From Coniocarpon cinnabarinum (lineage: Eukaryota), in contig JAVECO010000162.1 of NCBI GenBank assembly GCA_051942205.1, forward strand, positions 1 to 54,937: DNA of 54,937 bases. Direction: 5' to 3'. Below, piece by piece: positions 1-11,723 of the stretch. A model generated the notes under the pieces. It did not search any database. It saw nothing but the letters and a program-made list of their open reading frames with translations, and had not been told where the DNA came from. The stretch's first letter is position 1. Every line of letters begins with the position of its first letter. A program made the translations under genes and the position numbers.

Positions 1-176
1 GGTGAGGGGTTGGAGGCGGGAGATGCAGAGGGAAGCGGGATGAAGGCGCTTTGGAAGATAGAGTCGCGGTCGGCGAGGGAGTCTGGCGCGAAGAAGATGG
101 GGGGATCGTGGGTGGTGGGGGGTTCTGGAGATGGATGCCCACAGGGAGATGGGGAGCGACGGCGTTTCGGTGGCAT
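1..176 (-). CDS. 5' part of a probable IMPACT-family (UPF0029/Yih1-like) protein; runs off the window edge
   Basis: ATG at 176, open to position 1: MPPKRRRSPSPCGHPSPEPPTTHDPPIFFAPDSLADRDSIFQSAFIP. The KRxRSPSP start plus a DRxSxF motif resembles fungal IMPACT-family N-termini. Only 58 codons are visible. Confidence 0.45.
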   Translation of the reverse strand, partial: MPPKRRRSPSPCGHPSPEPPTTHDPPIFFAPDSLADRDSIFQSAFIPLPSASPASNPS

Positions 177-587
177 AGGGTCTTTTCAAATGAATGGTGC
201 GCTCGAAGCGCGAATCTGGGTGGGTGCTACATTTGTGGTGTTGACTTCAGGCCGCAGAAGATGGGTGCAAATTGTGGTCGTGGAGTTGGAGGGGAGATGG
301 TCACGTGCCTATCGACAATAGAGATGCCCTCCTAACACTCGAACAGGGGTTCTCTTGAACGGAAACGCAAGTCAATTTATGTCAGGAATGAAGCTGGACC
401 GTTTGAAAGGTAGTCAAAGGAACGTCGATTGCAATTGAAAGATAGGATACACTTAAGCATAGGCCCGCCATGCTAAATCCCCAAACCCATCCTCTACGAA
501 GTAGTCCACTCATATAAACATTGCGTCAGGTTAGACTTGAGTGCGTTGACGTGACTGAGCGTTTAGAGACGGTGCAGCAGCATGCGC

Positions 588-1927
588 TCAGGCACCGCCA
601 ATGCCGCCCAAGCCAGAGCCAGAGGAACCACTGGAGCCACCGCTTGAGCCTCCAAGACCACCCAGGCCTCTGGAAGAGCCACCGGCGCCTCCTATGCCAC
701 CCAGCCCAGAAGAACCACTGGAGCTGTCAGAGCCGCTTGAGCCACCGGCGCCACCAAGACTGGGAAGACCGCTCGAGGAAGAGCCGCTGGAGCCGCTGGA
801 GCCGCTGGAGCCTCCAAGACCTGGAAGACCACCGCTGGAGGAACCGCCAGCGCCACCGAGACCACCAAGGCCGCCGGAAGAGCCACCTGCACCACCGAGG
901 CCAGGTAGGCCGCCGGCGCCACCGGCAGCAGGACTGGAAGAGGCGTCACTGCCTGAGGAAGTGGAGTCACCTCCTGATGCGGCGCCTGTGGCAGCACCGC
1001 CGCCAGATGTCTTTTGCTGGATGAAGTTGACAGCCTGGCCAACATCTCCATTAGTGGTGTAGCTCAAGTGAGCAGCGCTAATAGCAAACGAGTCCTTGCA
1101 GACCCCATCGCCGGGGTTGCAGAAAATCTTGACGTTGGACGGGTCGATGTTGGCAACCTTCCTGGCGGACTAAAAGCGTGGATCATGTCAGTCATGCTCA
1201 TAACATCACAGTGTAGAAGTCAGAGTATAGTTTTCAGAAGAACTTACAAGAGGGTCGCCAAAAATGACGACAGCCTTCACTTTGCTGGCTTGTTCACCGA
1301 GCTTCTGCATGGCGCCGTGGGTGACGATGCCACCTTGACTGTACCCAGACAGGACGACTTGAGTGTTCGGACATTTCTGAATGGCTTGCTGCACATCCTG
1401 GACCATTGGCTGGACGCCGGGGTTGCTCCCGCCTTGTTGGGCATTGCCACCGAAACCGGCGGGATAATCAACACCCTGGAAGGCGACGTTGCCAAGTTTG
1501 GAGTTGAGTTGTTTCTTCAGAGCAGGACCGACACCTAATGGCAGAGATTCAGTCAATGTTTGATACCACAAAGAGATAGCAGCAGTGAATGGCGCATGCT
1601 TGCTACAGGGTGAAGAAAGAAATTCTCACATACTGCGTTCAACCGTCAGCAAATGGCTTCGTCAATACCAAAAAGGGATCAGGCTGACTTACCTAGAGCC
1701 AATGTTGCCGGTCTCAGTAGTTCCTCGTGCATAGACAACGGTTACGGCTAAAGTTTATGAGTCAGCCCCACAGGTTGTTTGGGTTATTTTCTCCAAAGCA
1801 TACGTGCACATTTCCCGCTCTTGACATCGTTCGATGTGTTGCCACCAGCGAGACCGCCCGCTTGGGGCGTAGGGGCAGTGCTTGCAAGCAAAGGAAGCAG
1901 CGAAGCAACTGCCGCTGTGAACTTCAT
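588..1927 (-). CDS. Secreted cutinase (CE5) with a long Gly/Ser-rich C-terminal tail, about 348 aa
   Basis: Exons 1927-1804, 1747-1694, 1534-1248 and 1169-588 total 1047 nt, in frame. Signal peptide MKFTAAVASLLPLLAST; motifs VVYARGTTETGNIG, GYSQG (catalytic Ser), CNPGDGVC (Asp), AHLSY (His). Intron 2 is a stwintron (see findings). Confidence 0.93.
1535..1693 (-). other. Spliceosomal twin intron (stwintron), [D1,2], alternatively [A2,3]
   Basis: Minus strand reads TCTA-G-GTAAGT...GCTGAC...AACGCAG-TATGTG...TTGAC...CCATTAG-GTGTC. Removing the 60-nt internal intron (1692-1633) creates the donor G+TATGT. Removing the resulting 99-nt external intron gives in-frame GNIGSSVGPAL. Confidence 0.8.
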
Positions 1928-3145
1928 GATGGGTAGATTGAAGAGAAAGTGAATCTAATGAATGACTTGAAATCTTTGAAAAGAAGGATAGAGAAGGAGA
2001 GCACGCGCTGCGGCTGTTGGTTAAAGAATGCAATCAGAGAAGCTTGCTGCAGAGACAAGTGAAAGAAACAGTGCGATCTTGAAGCCTTTTCAATACTTTG
2101 CTGCATGTCACACCACGAAGAACTCGGCTTTCCAAGAGCATTACAAGGGTGCCTCTTACACAATGCCGATGCCTTCCCTGCAGCCGGAGAGGGGATTGTC
2201 TCCACCACGGTCCGGCTGAAGCGATTGAGCAGCAACAAGGGGAAATGGGGCTCAGATCTGTCGCATGATTCACACGCATGGAGACTGCATCAATGCTATC
2301 GCGTTGGCAGTTGCAGCGTATTTGGGGTTTCCGTCACCTCGGTCTGGTACACATCCCGGTCTGCAGTTGAGCTGGAACACGTGGCTTTGGTTGCCAGGGC
2401 TGAGCTTGATACGACTTGCGTACCAGAAGGCCTCGTACTCCGCCGTTAAATCGGCGGTGTTTTTGATAAGTAGGCTTCATGTCAAAGCTTGATATCTCGT
2501 ACGACAGCAATGTGAGAACTGCCTCTACACCTTCGTGGCAGCTCACGGTCTTTTCAGCGCGTTGTGAGGTATATGGATATTGTCAAGGCAAGGATCAAAC
2601 GGCCAAGAACGTCTAGCTCGAGGCGAAATCGCATCGCATGGAGGAAAGCCCGGAGCGTTTCAGAAAATAAGATTGACCGAGAGACCAGGTTCGTACCAAA
2701 CTCTCTTGGAACTCATCTTGATCCATGCTCACAGATGTTCACAGTCGCGAAGATTGTTGGCCGCATGGTTTGGTGAAATCACCATGCCAGGTTGTCGATT
2801 GTCGCCGAGGCGGAGTTCAATGTGGAGCGGAAGGACGAGAAGAAGAGAGAGGAGAAGAGAGCCATCAGGGTACTCGGCACGTGCTTTGGTAATAAGCGCA
2901 CATGCTTGGCAAAGCCATTGGCGACGCCTGACTGAGAAAAGACTAGCGCATTACACCCCAGATGAGGTCACCTGCAGGGCAGTAGGTGGGCTGCTCTGGA
3001 GCGAAGTAGTGCAGTATGTTTATCGCCCAGATACTCTTCACCCAATTCGCGTTCTACAGGTAGAGAACTGGTCTGCAGTGGCAGGCTAAAGTGCTAGTCC
3101 AACGTTCTTTCATCCACTGCACTTCCTCCCACATCTTTGTGCAGG

Positions 3146-4790
3146 ATGGAGGTCCCTACTACCGCAGACTTTTCGGATGTCTACCCTCAAGACGCATTCG
3201 AAAGCCAGAAGAAACGTTGGAACAAGCTTCTGTCAGACTTTGAGAGCCAGTATGGTCGGAAACCTGAATTTGTTTCACGAAGTCCGGGGCGAGTCAACAT
3301 TATAGGCGAGGCAAGTGACATTCAGTAGCTTAAGCTAAGGTGCCGGCCGTTGGGCTGACTGGGGCGATCAGCACATCGATTATTCTTTGTACGAGTGTCT
3401 GCCTATGGCAATTACTGGAGATGTCGTGCTGGCAGTTTCACCCAGCACTTCCTCTCCTAGGACTATTCGCGTTGCAAACACGATCCCATCTAAGTTTCCA
3501 AGCAGATCATTCGAAGTCCCTGCTCCAGGCAAAGAGCTACAGATCGACGCAGAAGCGCACGACTGGTCAAACTACTTCAAGGCTGGACTCCGCGGTGCAT
3601 ATGGCATTCTGACAAAAGAGAAGGGCGCTGATTTCCAAAGTGTGGGCATGGACATCCTGGTGGACGGCACCGTACCTACGGGCAGCGGCTTGAGCAGCAG
3701 TGCGGCATTCGTCTGTGCCAGTTCTCTGGCAAGCGTGCGAGCAAATGGATTCGAAAAGGTCGACAAAACTCAGCTCACAGAGCTTGCAATTGTTAGCGAG
3801 CGAGCCGTTGGTGTAAATTCCGGTGGGATGGATCAAGCAGCGTCAGTCTTTTCGCAGCGTGATGCGGGACTGTTGATTGCATTCAAACCACGTCTGAGTG
3901 CGACCCCAATCTCAATACCAGCTTCACTACCTGGTAACAAAAACCTCGCTTTCCTCATTGCGCAGTCTTTTATCACTTCCAACAAGCGCGTTACCGGCCC
4001 AATACATTACAACCTTCGTGTGGTTGAATGCACTCTTGCTGCCGAGTACCTTGCGAAGATTCTCAAAGTCTCAAAACCTTTGCCGCAAGACGCCAGCCCC
4101 CTTGGCCACTCACTACGGGGTTTACACGATGCGTACTTCGATGAACACGGTGATGGTGCAGTGGCCGAGCCCACGAAAGACTCAGCCTCGGCAGAAAAGT
4201 ATATGAGCCAGCTGGAAAAGCTGATTCAGATTGTTGAAGATTACATGGTGCAAGAGGAAGGATACACTCGTGAAGATATTGGTAGAACACTCGGCATGTC
4301 CGCAGACGACCTCAATGAGCGCTACACCTCGAAGGTGCCCGTCCGTGCGGAGCGATTCAAGTTGAGACAAAGAGCGCTGCATGTTTACACTGAGGCGTTG
4401 CGCGTGCAGCATTTTGTTGCATTGCTAAAAGATGAGAAACAACGGTCAAGTTCCGATTTGTATGAGAAGATCGGAAACCTGGTTAGTGGAACGCAGGACA
4501 GTTGTCGCGACCAGTATGAGTGCTCGACCCCAGAACTGGATCAGCTGTGCAGCATCTCGAGACGAGAAGGCGGCTATGGAGCACGAGTGACTGGCGCAGG
4601 CTGGGGTGGTTGCTCAGTCCATCTCGTGCCTGAAGAGAAGGTAGACGCCGTGCGACAAGCATGGATCAAGGAATACTACAACGTGAAGTTTCCCGACCTC
4701 AAGCCAGACGACCTGGATGAAGCCATTGTAGTGACCAAGCCCGGGCGAGGTAGTCTTGTCTGGGAGACTCGCGGACGGTCTGCAGTGTGA
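3146..4790 (+). CDS. GAL1: Galactokinase (GHMP kinase)
   Basis: Exons 3146-3310 and 3372-4790 with a GC-AG intron. Motifs SPGRVNIIGEHIDY, PTGSGLSSSA, GGMDQ and GARVTGAGWGG. Confidence 0.96.
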
Positions 4791-5797
4791 GCGCTCATGA
4801 AGATAGAACGACAGTCAACAACAGCATTGTGGGGATCAGCATTCGGAACAAGTGTTTCGAACATGGTCGAGCACGCATGGGTGTTCATGCAAAACGAATA
4901 CCACGCCGAGTGGATTGTGACCGCGCGCGCAGACAAGCACTCTTCAGAAGCGCCTCACGCCTCGACACTCGACAGGGGTCCGACTAACCACAGACCACGT
5001 CGGCCGGCAAAAGAAGCGCCGGAGCAGGGAACATCGCGCGGCCGCAAGGTCCAGATGGCAGTCTAAGCCGCATGTTGGAAAACCACCTTGGCACGCAACG
5101 CACACAAGGGACCGGCCGGCTCGAGCCGCACGCACAGAACACGCGGGCTGTCAGATTCCCCCGTCACCCAGTGTCATTGGCTTGCGGCAGCTACATCGTC
5201 TATCATTATCACCATCTGCATCTGCTCGCCGCACGGCTGCCCGGGCGGACTGCGAAAGGGGCATGTATCTGCGCCTAGAGTCGCTGTGCTTGCCACTGCA
5301 GTCTGACGCACCGGACTGGCGCCTGCAGCAGCTGGAGTGACGACGCAAAGTGATTGCGAAAATGTGATGAGATCCCGACAGGGCTCTGGAGGCGCCGCAG
5401 CGCCATCTGTGGTGAAACGCGCGACTGGCGACGGAAAATGTCCTTGACTCGCCCCGGTCCCGGTAAAGGGCGAGAATGGGAGAAAAGGTGACGTATAGCA
5501 ATTCCAGGCATACAACACTACACCTCCTAGCCATGATCTTCCCGTGGTGCTGATTTCTCCCGTTCCTTCTGCATGTACATGTATTGGTCTTTCTTTCTTT
5601 ATCACTCCCGTTCTCTCTTTAGCTTCGAATAGGCACCAAAGATTCTAGTGATTCACCTGTCACCGGCGACCTTCATTTTTCACGCCTGTAATTCTTGATG
5701 TCTCTACAGTTCACCGCTGTGGCGTCCGGCGCGGAGCGCATCAGTAGACGCAAGTCGAAGACTCACGATCACGCCAGTCGACGTCGACGTGGTCAAA

Positions 5798-7810
5798 ATG
5801 GGACAGAGCAGGAGCGAGATGGTCGCATTAGCTGTCGTCTTTCTCGTACTGCCTCTCCTCTTCGTGGCTCTCAGGTTCCTCTTGTCAGCGAGATGTCACA
5901 GGACATTGCGGTTAGACTGTTATACACTGCTCTTCGCACTTGTACGTGGTGACTTGGCGAACTTCTAGGCCGCTTGACCTGGCCATACTTGCTGACAGGA
6001 TACGCAGCTGCTTCACACAGGCATCTGCCTTTGCGTGCTCTTCGGTACGATGGCTTCGGCTCTATCCAAGCTCGACGGGAATGCTCATGCGTTTGTGAAC
6101 AGGTGCAACTCTCGGAAACCTCGGAAGCCACGAAGCGCCTCTATCCGATGACGGTGCCTTTACTCGTAGCAAATCGAGGATTCAAAAACAGGTCAGTGAC
6201 AATGCCAACGTGCGCTGTGCTCGCAATGACCGTCTTCTGACGCTGTAATATAGACCAACTACGCCCTCAATATTCTATATCCACTCGCCAATGGCATGAC
6301 GAAGCTGTCTTTTCTATTTCTCTACCGTCGACTATTTGTTCAAGGTAAAGGCGATCGAATCTTCAACGCCGTCACATTTACCTTTGTGTTTATTATTCTA
6401 CTATGGGCTTTGGCTTATTCTATCACCGCCATCTTCACCTGCACTCCTATCGCGGCTTTCTGGGACTTCGATGTGCTGCCTAATTTCGGTGCATCATGCT
6501 TTTCGGGGGCTGTGTTCGACACGCTGGCAGCGACCGATTTGGCTACCGCAATCATGGTTTTGACCGTTCCAGTCCCGTCATCGCTGGACAGACTGCTTTC
6601 CTATCCCAGAATCAAACGTTGCGCTGTTTGTGGCATTTACGTTGTCGGAGTGTTCTTGGTGGTATGTGCAGCCGTACGTCTCTGTTACTTTCTCATACAG
6701 GGTACTTCATCATATCAGGGGTCCGACGCAAGCTACAACGCGGGCCCGGTGGAGTATTGGGCTATCATTGAGACAAGCGTGGGCATCGTTTGCGCTTGCT
6801 TACCTACTTTTGGACCGCTTCTCGGATTGCCAGAAACGAGTCGTGAGATTAATGAAGATGACGACAACTATGTTTCTTGCAACACCCTACCAGCAGGCCA
6901 ACAATGTGTCGAACCGGCGAGTGAGCCCCCAAACGGACCTGCACTGCGCGGTAGTGACCTTACTGGTAGTGAGCGATCTCAAGATGGCAGTGATGCCAGC
7001 TGGCCCAGTGTCCGATGGCCTCTTCCTCCTACAACTCGGCCAGTCACGGCTGCTTCTTCAACCCTTTACGATGCTGCCGCCTCACAACGCCGGGAATCGA
7101 CAGTAGCGCCATTGCCTAGTCGTGTGCCGTCCGCAATAAATCACAGACCTGCACCCTCTGCGCTTCAGCAAAAAGAATTCCAAAGAGATGCAGCACCATC
7201 AACAGCGAGTTCTGCGCTTCTGCCACAGCGTTTGACGACACAACGTGCTGTCTCGTCTCAGGTCCGTCCACAATGGCCGGAGCGGACGTCTTCAAATCGC
7301 GGACCGTCGGCTCCGCCGATCTCTGCAATCCTTCCCCAAGGAAGTTCGAGGACCGTTCAATGGCCACAGCGCACAACGTCGCAACGAGTGCTGAATGCGA
7401 AACCTGCTCCGCTTCCTCGACGCTCACCGTTACCCCGCGTGCCAGAAGCAACGAAAACCGCTCAGTCACCAGCGGTAAGTACACCTTTTTACACACCACC
7501 AGCGTATCCACTATTGGTGCCTTCGGCCCTTCAGCCGCAGGGACCGCAGCAGTCACCTGATCACAACCGTCCGATGCCACAAGCGACGGTATCACACCAA
7601 CGAAACCCCTCAGAAGGCAGATCTCGTCTGAGCCGGGACGAGCTCACGCAACGACGTTCTGGTATGATAGAAAGTCCCAGGCATGTCGCCAGAACGCCCA
7701 CCATTCGCATTGGTCGCACGGACGTAAGCGTGATGCGGGACAGTGATGGGGGCATGGGGACATTTTATGCGACAGACGATGAGGACGATGACACACAAAC
7801 TCGCAGATGA
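5798..7810 (+). CDS. PTH11-like (fungal rhodopsin-domain) integral membrane receptor with a long Pro/Ser-rich cytoplasmic tail
   Basis: Exons 5798-5941, 6008-6044, 6103-6191 and 6254-7810 join in frame. Motifs FVALRF, TKLSFLFLYRRLF, CTPIAAFWD and WAIIETSVGIVCACLP. No CFEM domain seen. Confidence 0.88.
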
Positions 7811-8406
7811 CATTTGGCATAGCGTTGTGTTCCTGATTGGCATTTAGCGGCTTTGGAAAAGGCATATGTACAAATACTTGGAACACATGACGAGTGACGA
7901 CTTGTAGGAAAGGGTCAGCAGTAGTAGCATCACTTGTACAGCATTACATTAGCATCAGCGCAATCACTTAAATAGACATACTATTCAAGACTCTTGCGAC
8001 CTCGCGCGGAACGACGCATCAAGCTTTCACTTTGTAGCTCTGCCGTGAAGGCTGAACAGATGCTGAGTCAAGGTGCTGTTTCAAAGTGAGCAATAATGCC
8101 TGAAAATTAAGGACTGACTCTATGGGGCGGATAGATATCCATGTCCATACTAGCCGTATTCTTCAACGAGGCCCTCAAGTATTATTGTACTCATATCTTG
8201 ACCGTGTTCCTGCGACTCAGCGCTGGCTGATAGCTCTGTCTTTGCCTTGGAGTACTTGTCACTTGCAGCCCACCGTGTTACATACGCCCTCCGGAGTCAT
8301 CCTTCAACTCCAGTGCTGTTGAAACGTGCGGGGTTTGCGGTCCAACATAATTTATCAAGAGTCACCGAAAAGGTTGTAGCAGCCGCAAGGCTGCGAGCTT
8401 TCGGTC

Positions 8407-10377
8407 ATGCCTTGCTTCAAGGTAGGTCATTATCTTACGCTGTCCAGCAGCACCGAGAACTGATGGATCATCTCACAGGGTCTGGCCGTGAGCATTCACA
8501 CTACCGATGGCCCCCTCCCCGAATACTCCGTCAACAAACAACAGCGAAATTCAAGAATCCAAACATACATTCCTGTTCCGCAACCGAAGCTGAATGCCTC
8601 ATCTGGTCGTGCCGAGCCGGCAAGCTTTGCAATCTCCATCACCCTCCTTACTCCTGGTCAACCTGTCCCTTACTCAAAACCGGAGGCTACGCCCAGCAAT
8701 CCTAGTCCGCATCCAAAAGTTGTAGGGAGTATGATGCCGCAAGAGGGCGCTCGCGGAAAATACATGGGAATGATCGGTCCCTATATTCCCTTAACCAGCT
8801 CAGCCAACGAGACAGTCGCAGCATACATTCACTTTGACGGCCGGGTCAAGGAAGAAGTGGCCACATTACTCCGCCGCGGCGAGGAGACGTGGGTTAACTC
8901 GCGGTGGGTGGGCATTCCTGAAACTGAAGGGGGTGGCCTAGCTGAGCGCGAGTTCCTCTTCCGTGAGGTGGGTCTCGAGCGGTGGCTGAATGGACTGGAT
9001 CTGAAGGGCGAAACACAAGAGAATGCTGCACGGATCGAGCGAAGAAAGCGGCGATTGGAGAAGAAGCGTCGGGTGAAGCTAGAAAACCGTGACGGGAGTG
9101 ATGACGACGAGATTGAGATGTCCGCGGAGCACCCCAAGCGGAGGACTAAGGACAGCATTCTCAGATATGGCGAAGACAAAAACGCTCCAGTCGAGGGCCT
9201 TTCAGACGACGAGAGCATGGGATCGTCTGATACTGATCCGGAAGACGAGATGCCCATTCCGGAAGCTGCTGGTCAAATTAAGATCTCTCTATTCCGAGTG
9301 CTCGCTTCCGGCGAGGTTAAGAAGGGCGAGTACTCACCTCAATTTGACGCGCATGATGACGATGATATGAATGAGGGTGCACAAGGTGGAGACGGATCTG
9401 CAGATGTCGATCACACGACGACTTTTGCAAAGCCCAAGACATTGGATCCCAAGACCATCAGCACACAGACCGTCACTGGAATAGATCCCCCGAACAAGCC
9501 GTACGCAACTTTTACATTCTTCTACCGCGGCAAGAGTGAGTCATGACAGACCAACTATCTCAGTCAGATGCTAACGTTTACACCAGAGCAACTTCAGAAG
9601 ATGGGCATCATTACATCTGGCCAGCCCGCAAGCTCAACCAAGGAGCCCACCCCAAAGAAGAACAAAACACTCGACGCGTCATCACTGAAACCTCTGAAGT
9701 CCAACAAGGGCACTGTAGGCTTCACAGGCTACCGTGACTCCAATCCAGCATCGTCCGGCTTCGGCAATGGCATCAAAACAGAACCGGATAGCGATGACGA
9801 CGATGACGAAGGGAGTGACATCTCTCGGAAGCGGAAGTCCAACGGCCCCGACAAAGGCGAGACCGAAGACGTCAATGGCGATAAAACGCCAGCGACCTTG
9901 TCACCCGAAGAAGCCGCCAAAAGCGAGAAACTCGCGGACAGCGTCAAGAAGATGCAGCTGAAACGACAGCATTCATTCGAAGCATCTACGCCCGCGACTG
10001 CGGCGGTGTCTACGAACGCCACCAGTGAAAGCCAAGATGGGCAGAGAGGCAGCGACGATGCGTCACGCACGCCGCCATCGACCGCGCATCCCGACAGCCA
10101 AGCAACCAGCCATGCTAATCCTTTATCGAAACTCATGGAGCCCTCAGCGTCAGTGGGGAGTCCCTTTAAGAAACAGCGCGCGAGTTTGAGCAACACAGCT
10201 GAAACAAGTTCGCCCACGTCGGTGTCGCCGTTTAGTACCGGAGAGGCTCATTCCGTTCCGCCAACTATTGACGGGACAGCCGCATCGAAGCATGCGACTT
10301 TCTCGCCGGCCAACGGGGAGACGAGTGGTACGCAGTCGCCTGCGAGACCTGTGCAGGGTTCCGAGAAGGAGCTGTGA
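8407..10377 (+). CDS. Conserved fungal hypothetical protein (DUF7918-like)
   Basis: Exons 8407-8421, 8479-9535 and 9587-10377. MPCFKGLAVSIHT..PLPEY start, YIHFDG, and a PYATFTFFYRGKKQLQKMGII motif; acidic and basic low-complexity tracts. Family name recalled, not searched. Confidence 0.75.
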
Positions 10378-11038
10378 GGCTATGTCGCAGGACACCAGAT
10401 GAAACTCTCAGCAAGGATCCACGATCCTCAACAGGCGCTTCGTACCGCCAGTGAAACGGTACGTACTGTACAAATCACATCCACGAATAAAAGGCAGGCC
10501 CGGCGTCCGTCGATGGCAGACATGGCAGGCACATGGAGAGATACACGTGAGGCAGAACGAAAGTCGCGCTGGGGAAGGCAGATGCCCACGCTTGTTGGCT
10601 GTATTGGAGACTGTGTGGCGGACACGACGATTTGATCGGTTTTTTTTGTAGGATGAGACTCCCTCTCTGGAACTTGGCGGTTCACTTTGACGTCTGTGAG
10701 TCTCATGTGGAGGTGTCGTGTGAATATCCAATGGAGGTGTTTTTGACGTCAGGATGATCTTCTTGCGTTGCAAATCTTCTGTCGTGTGTCGTTACGAGTT
10801 GATTGCGGAGGCGTTGATCGCATAACAGGCTTGCCCTTGTATGTGCCTCATTTTCGCAACGTCCTTCAAGAGGCAAAAGCATATACAGCTTTAGTATTTC
10901 CATTTTGCCGTGCGAACAAGGAGAATGAGGGAATGGCAAATGAGAAACGCCACTGAAAGCTTAGGAATGAGCACTATGCGTTCGTTGAACGAAACCGAAC
11001 TTCAAGATGCGTGATGTTCAAGATGAAGCATTCATAGA

Positions 11039-11140
11039 AGAGCAATGGATCATCCAGAGTAATGGATCATCCAGAGCAATGGATCATCAAGAGCAGAGGA
11101 TTATCGAGAGCAATGGATCATCGAGCGCAGGAGACCGTCG
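11039..11140. repeat. 17-bp minisatellite (AGAGCAATGGATCATCC-like), about 6 degenerating copies
   Basis: Units start at 11039, 11056, 11073, 11090, 11107 and 11124; intergenic between convergent genes. Confidence 0.85.
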
Positions 11141-11723
11141 AGAGAAGACGATTTTTAAGAGAAAGAATCATGCAGAGGATAGAGCAACCAGACATTCTTC
11201 CTGACAAGCTGCATGACTAGAACTCTTAATGGATGGATGGATGGATGGTAGCGCTGGCAGGAGGTTGTAATCTGTGAAGTGATCCCCTCGTTGCTGATGA
11301 CGAGACTTCACGAGGGTTGATTTCATTTGAGCTTGGAGCTTTGTGTGCATTAGACTTGACGATACTTAGAAGAGGACACATGCCTGGAAGCATCAGCTAG
11401 AACTGATGTCACGGAGCAGGATTTAAAGAATAGCTGATAAAGCGGTAAAGGATGCAGAAGGAGGAGTGAGGAAGTAGCACTAGAAGAACGGCTCGTGGTG
11501 TCACTCCATGAACAGATGGAGAATCTCAGGATGATCAAAAGAAGCATCGAGAGACAATGGAAAGAGCGGCTCAGGGTGTCAATTCATGAATTCATGGGGT
11601 ATCTCAGTCCACTTCTACTGCACTGCGGCTTTCCGAATAATATGTTTTTAGCTTATGTCGAAGATACAACGCTCACGACACCGCTTCGGACAAGCCGTCA
11701 GCGACGTTGATGACGAGGGGTAA

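Noticed and set aside
521..1062. Pro/Glu-rich and Arg-rich plus-strand ORFs (601-1062, 521-1024)
   Set aside because: Antisense shadows of the Gly/Ser repeat tail of the cutinase.
1634..1656. Alternative model of a 23-nt micro-exon in cutinase intron 2
   Set aside because: It restores frame but needs a 36-nt intron, places the GCTGAC branch site in an exon and inserts about 7 residues into a conserved motif. The stwintron model is more parsimonious.
11039..11140. 17-bp array (and the 18-bp array at 53179) as CRISPR-like repeats
   Set aside because: Head-to-tail tandem units with no unique spacers, in a eukaryotic context with no cas genes.
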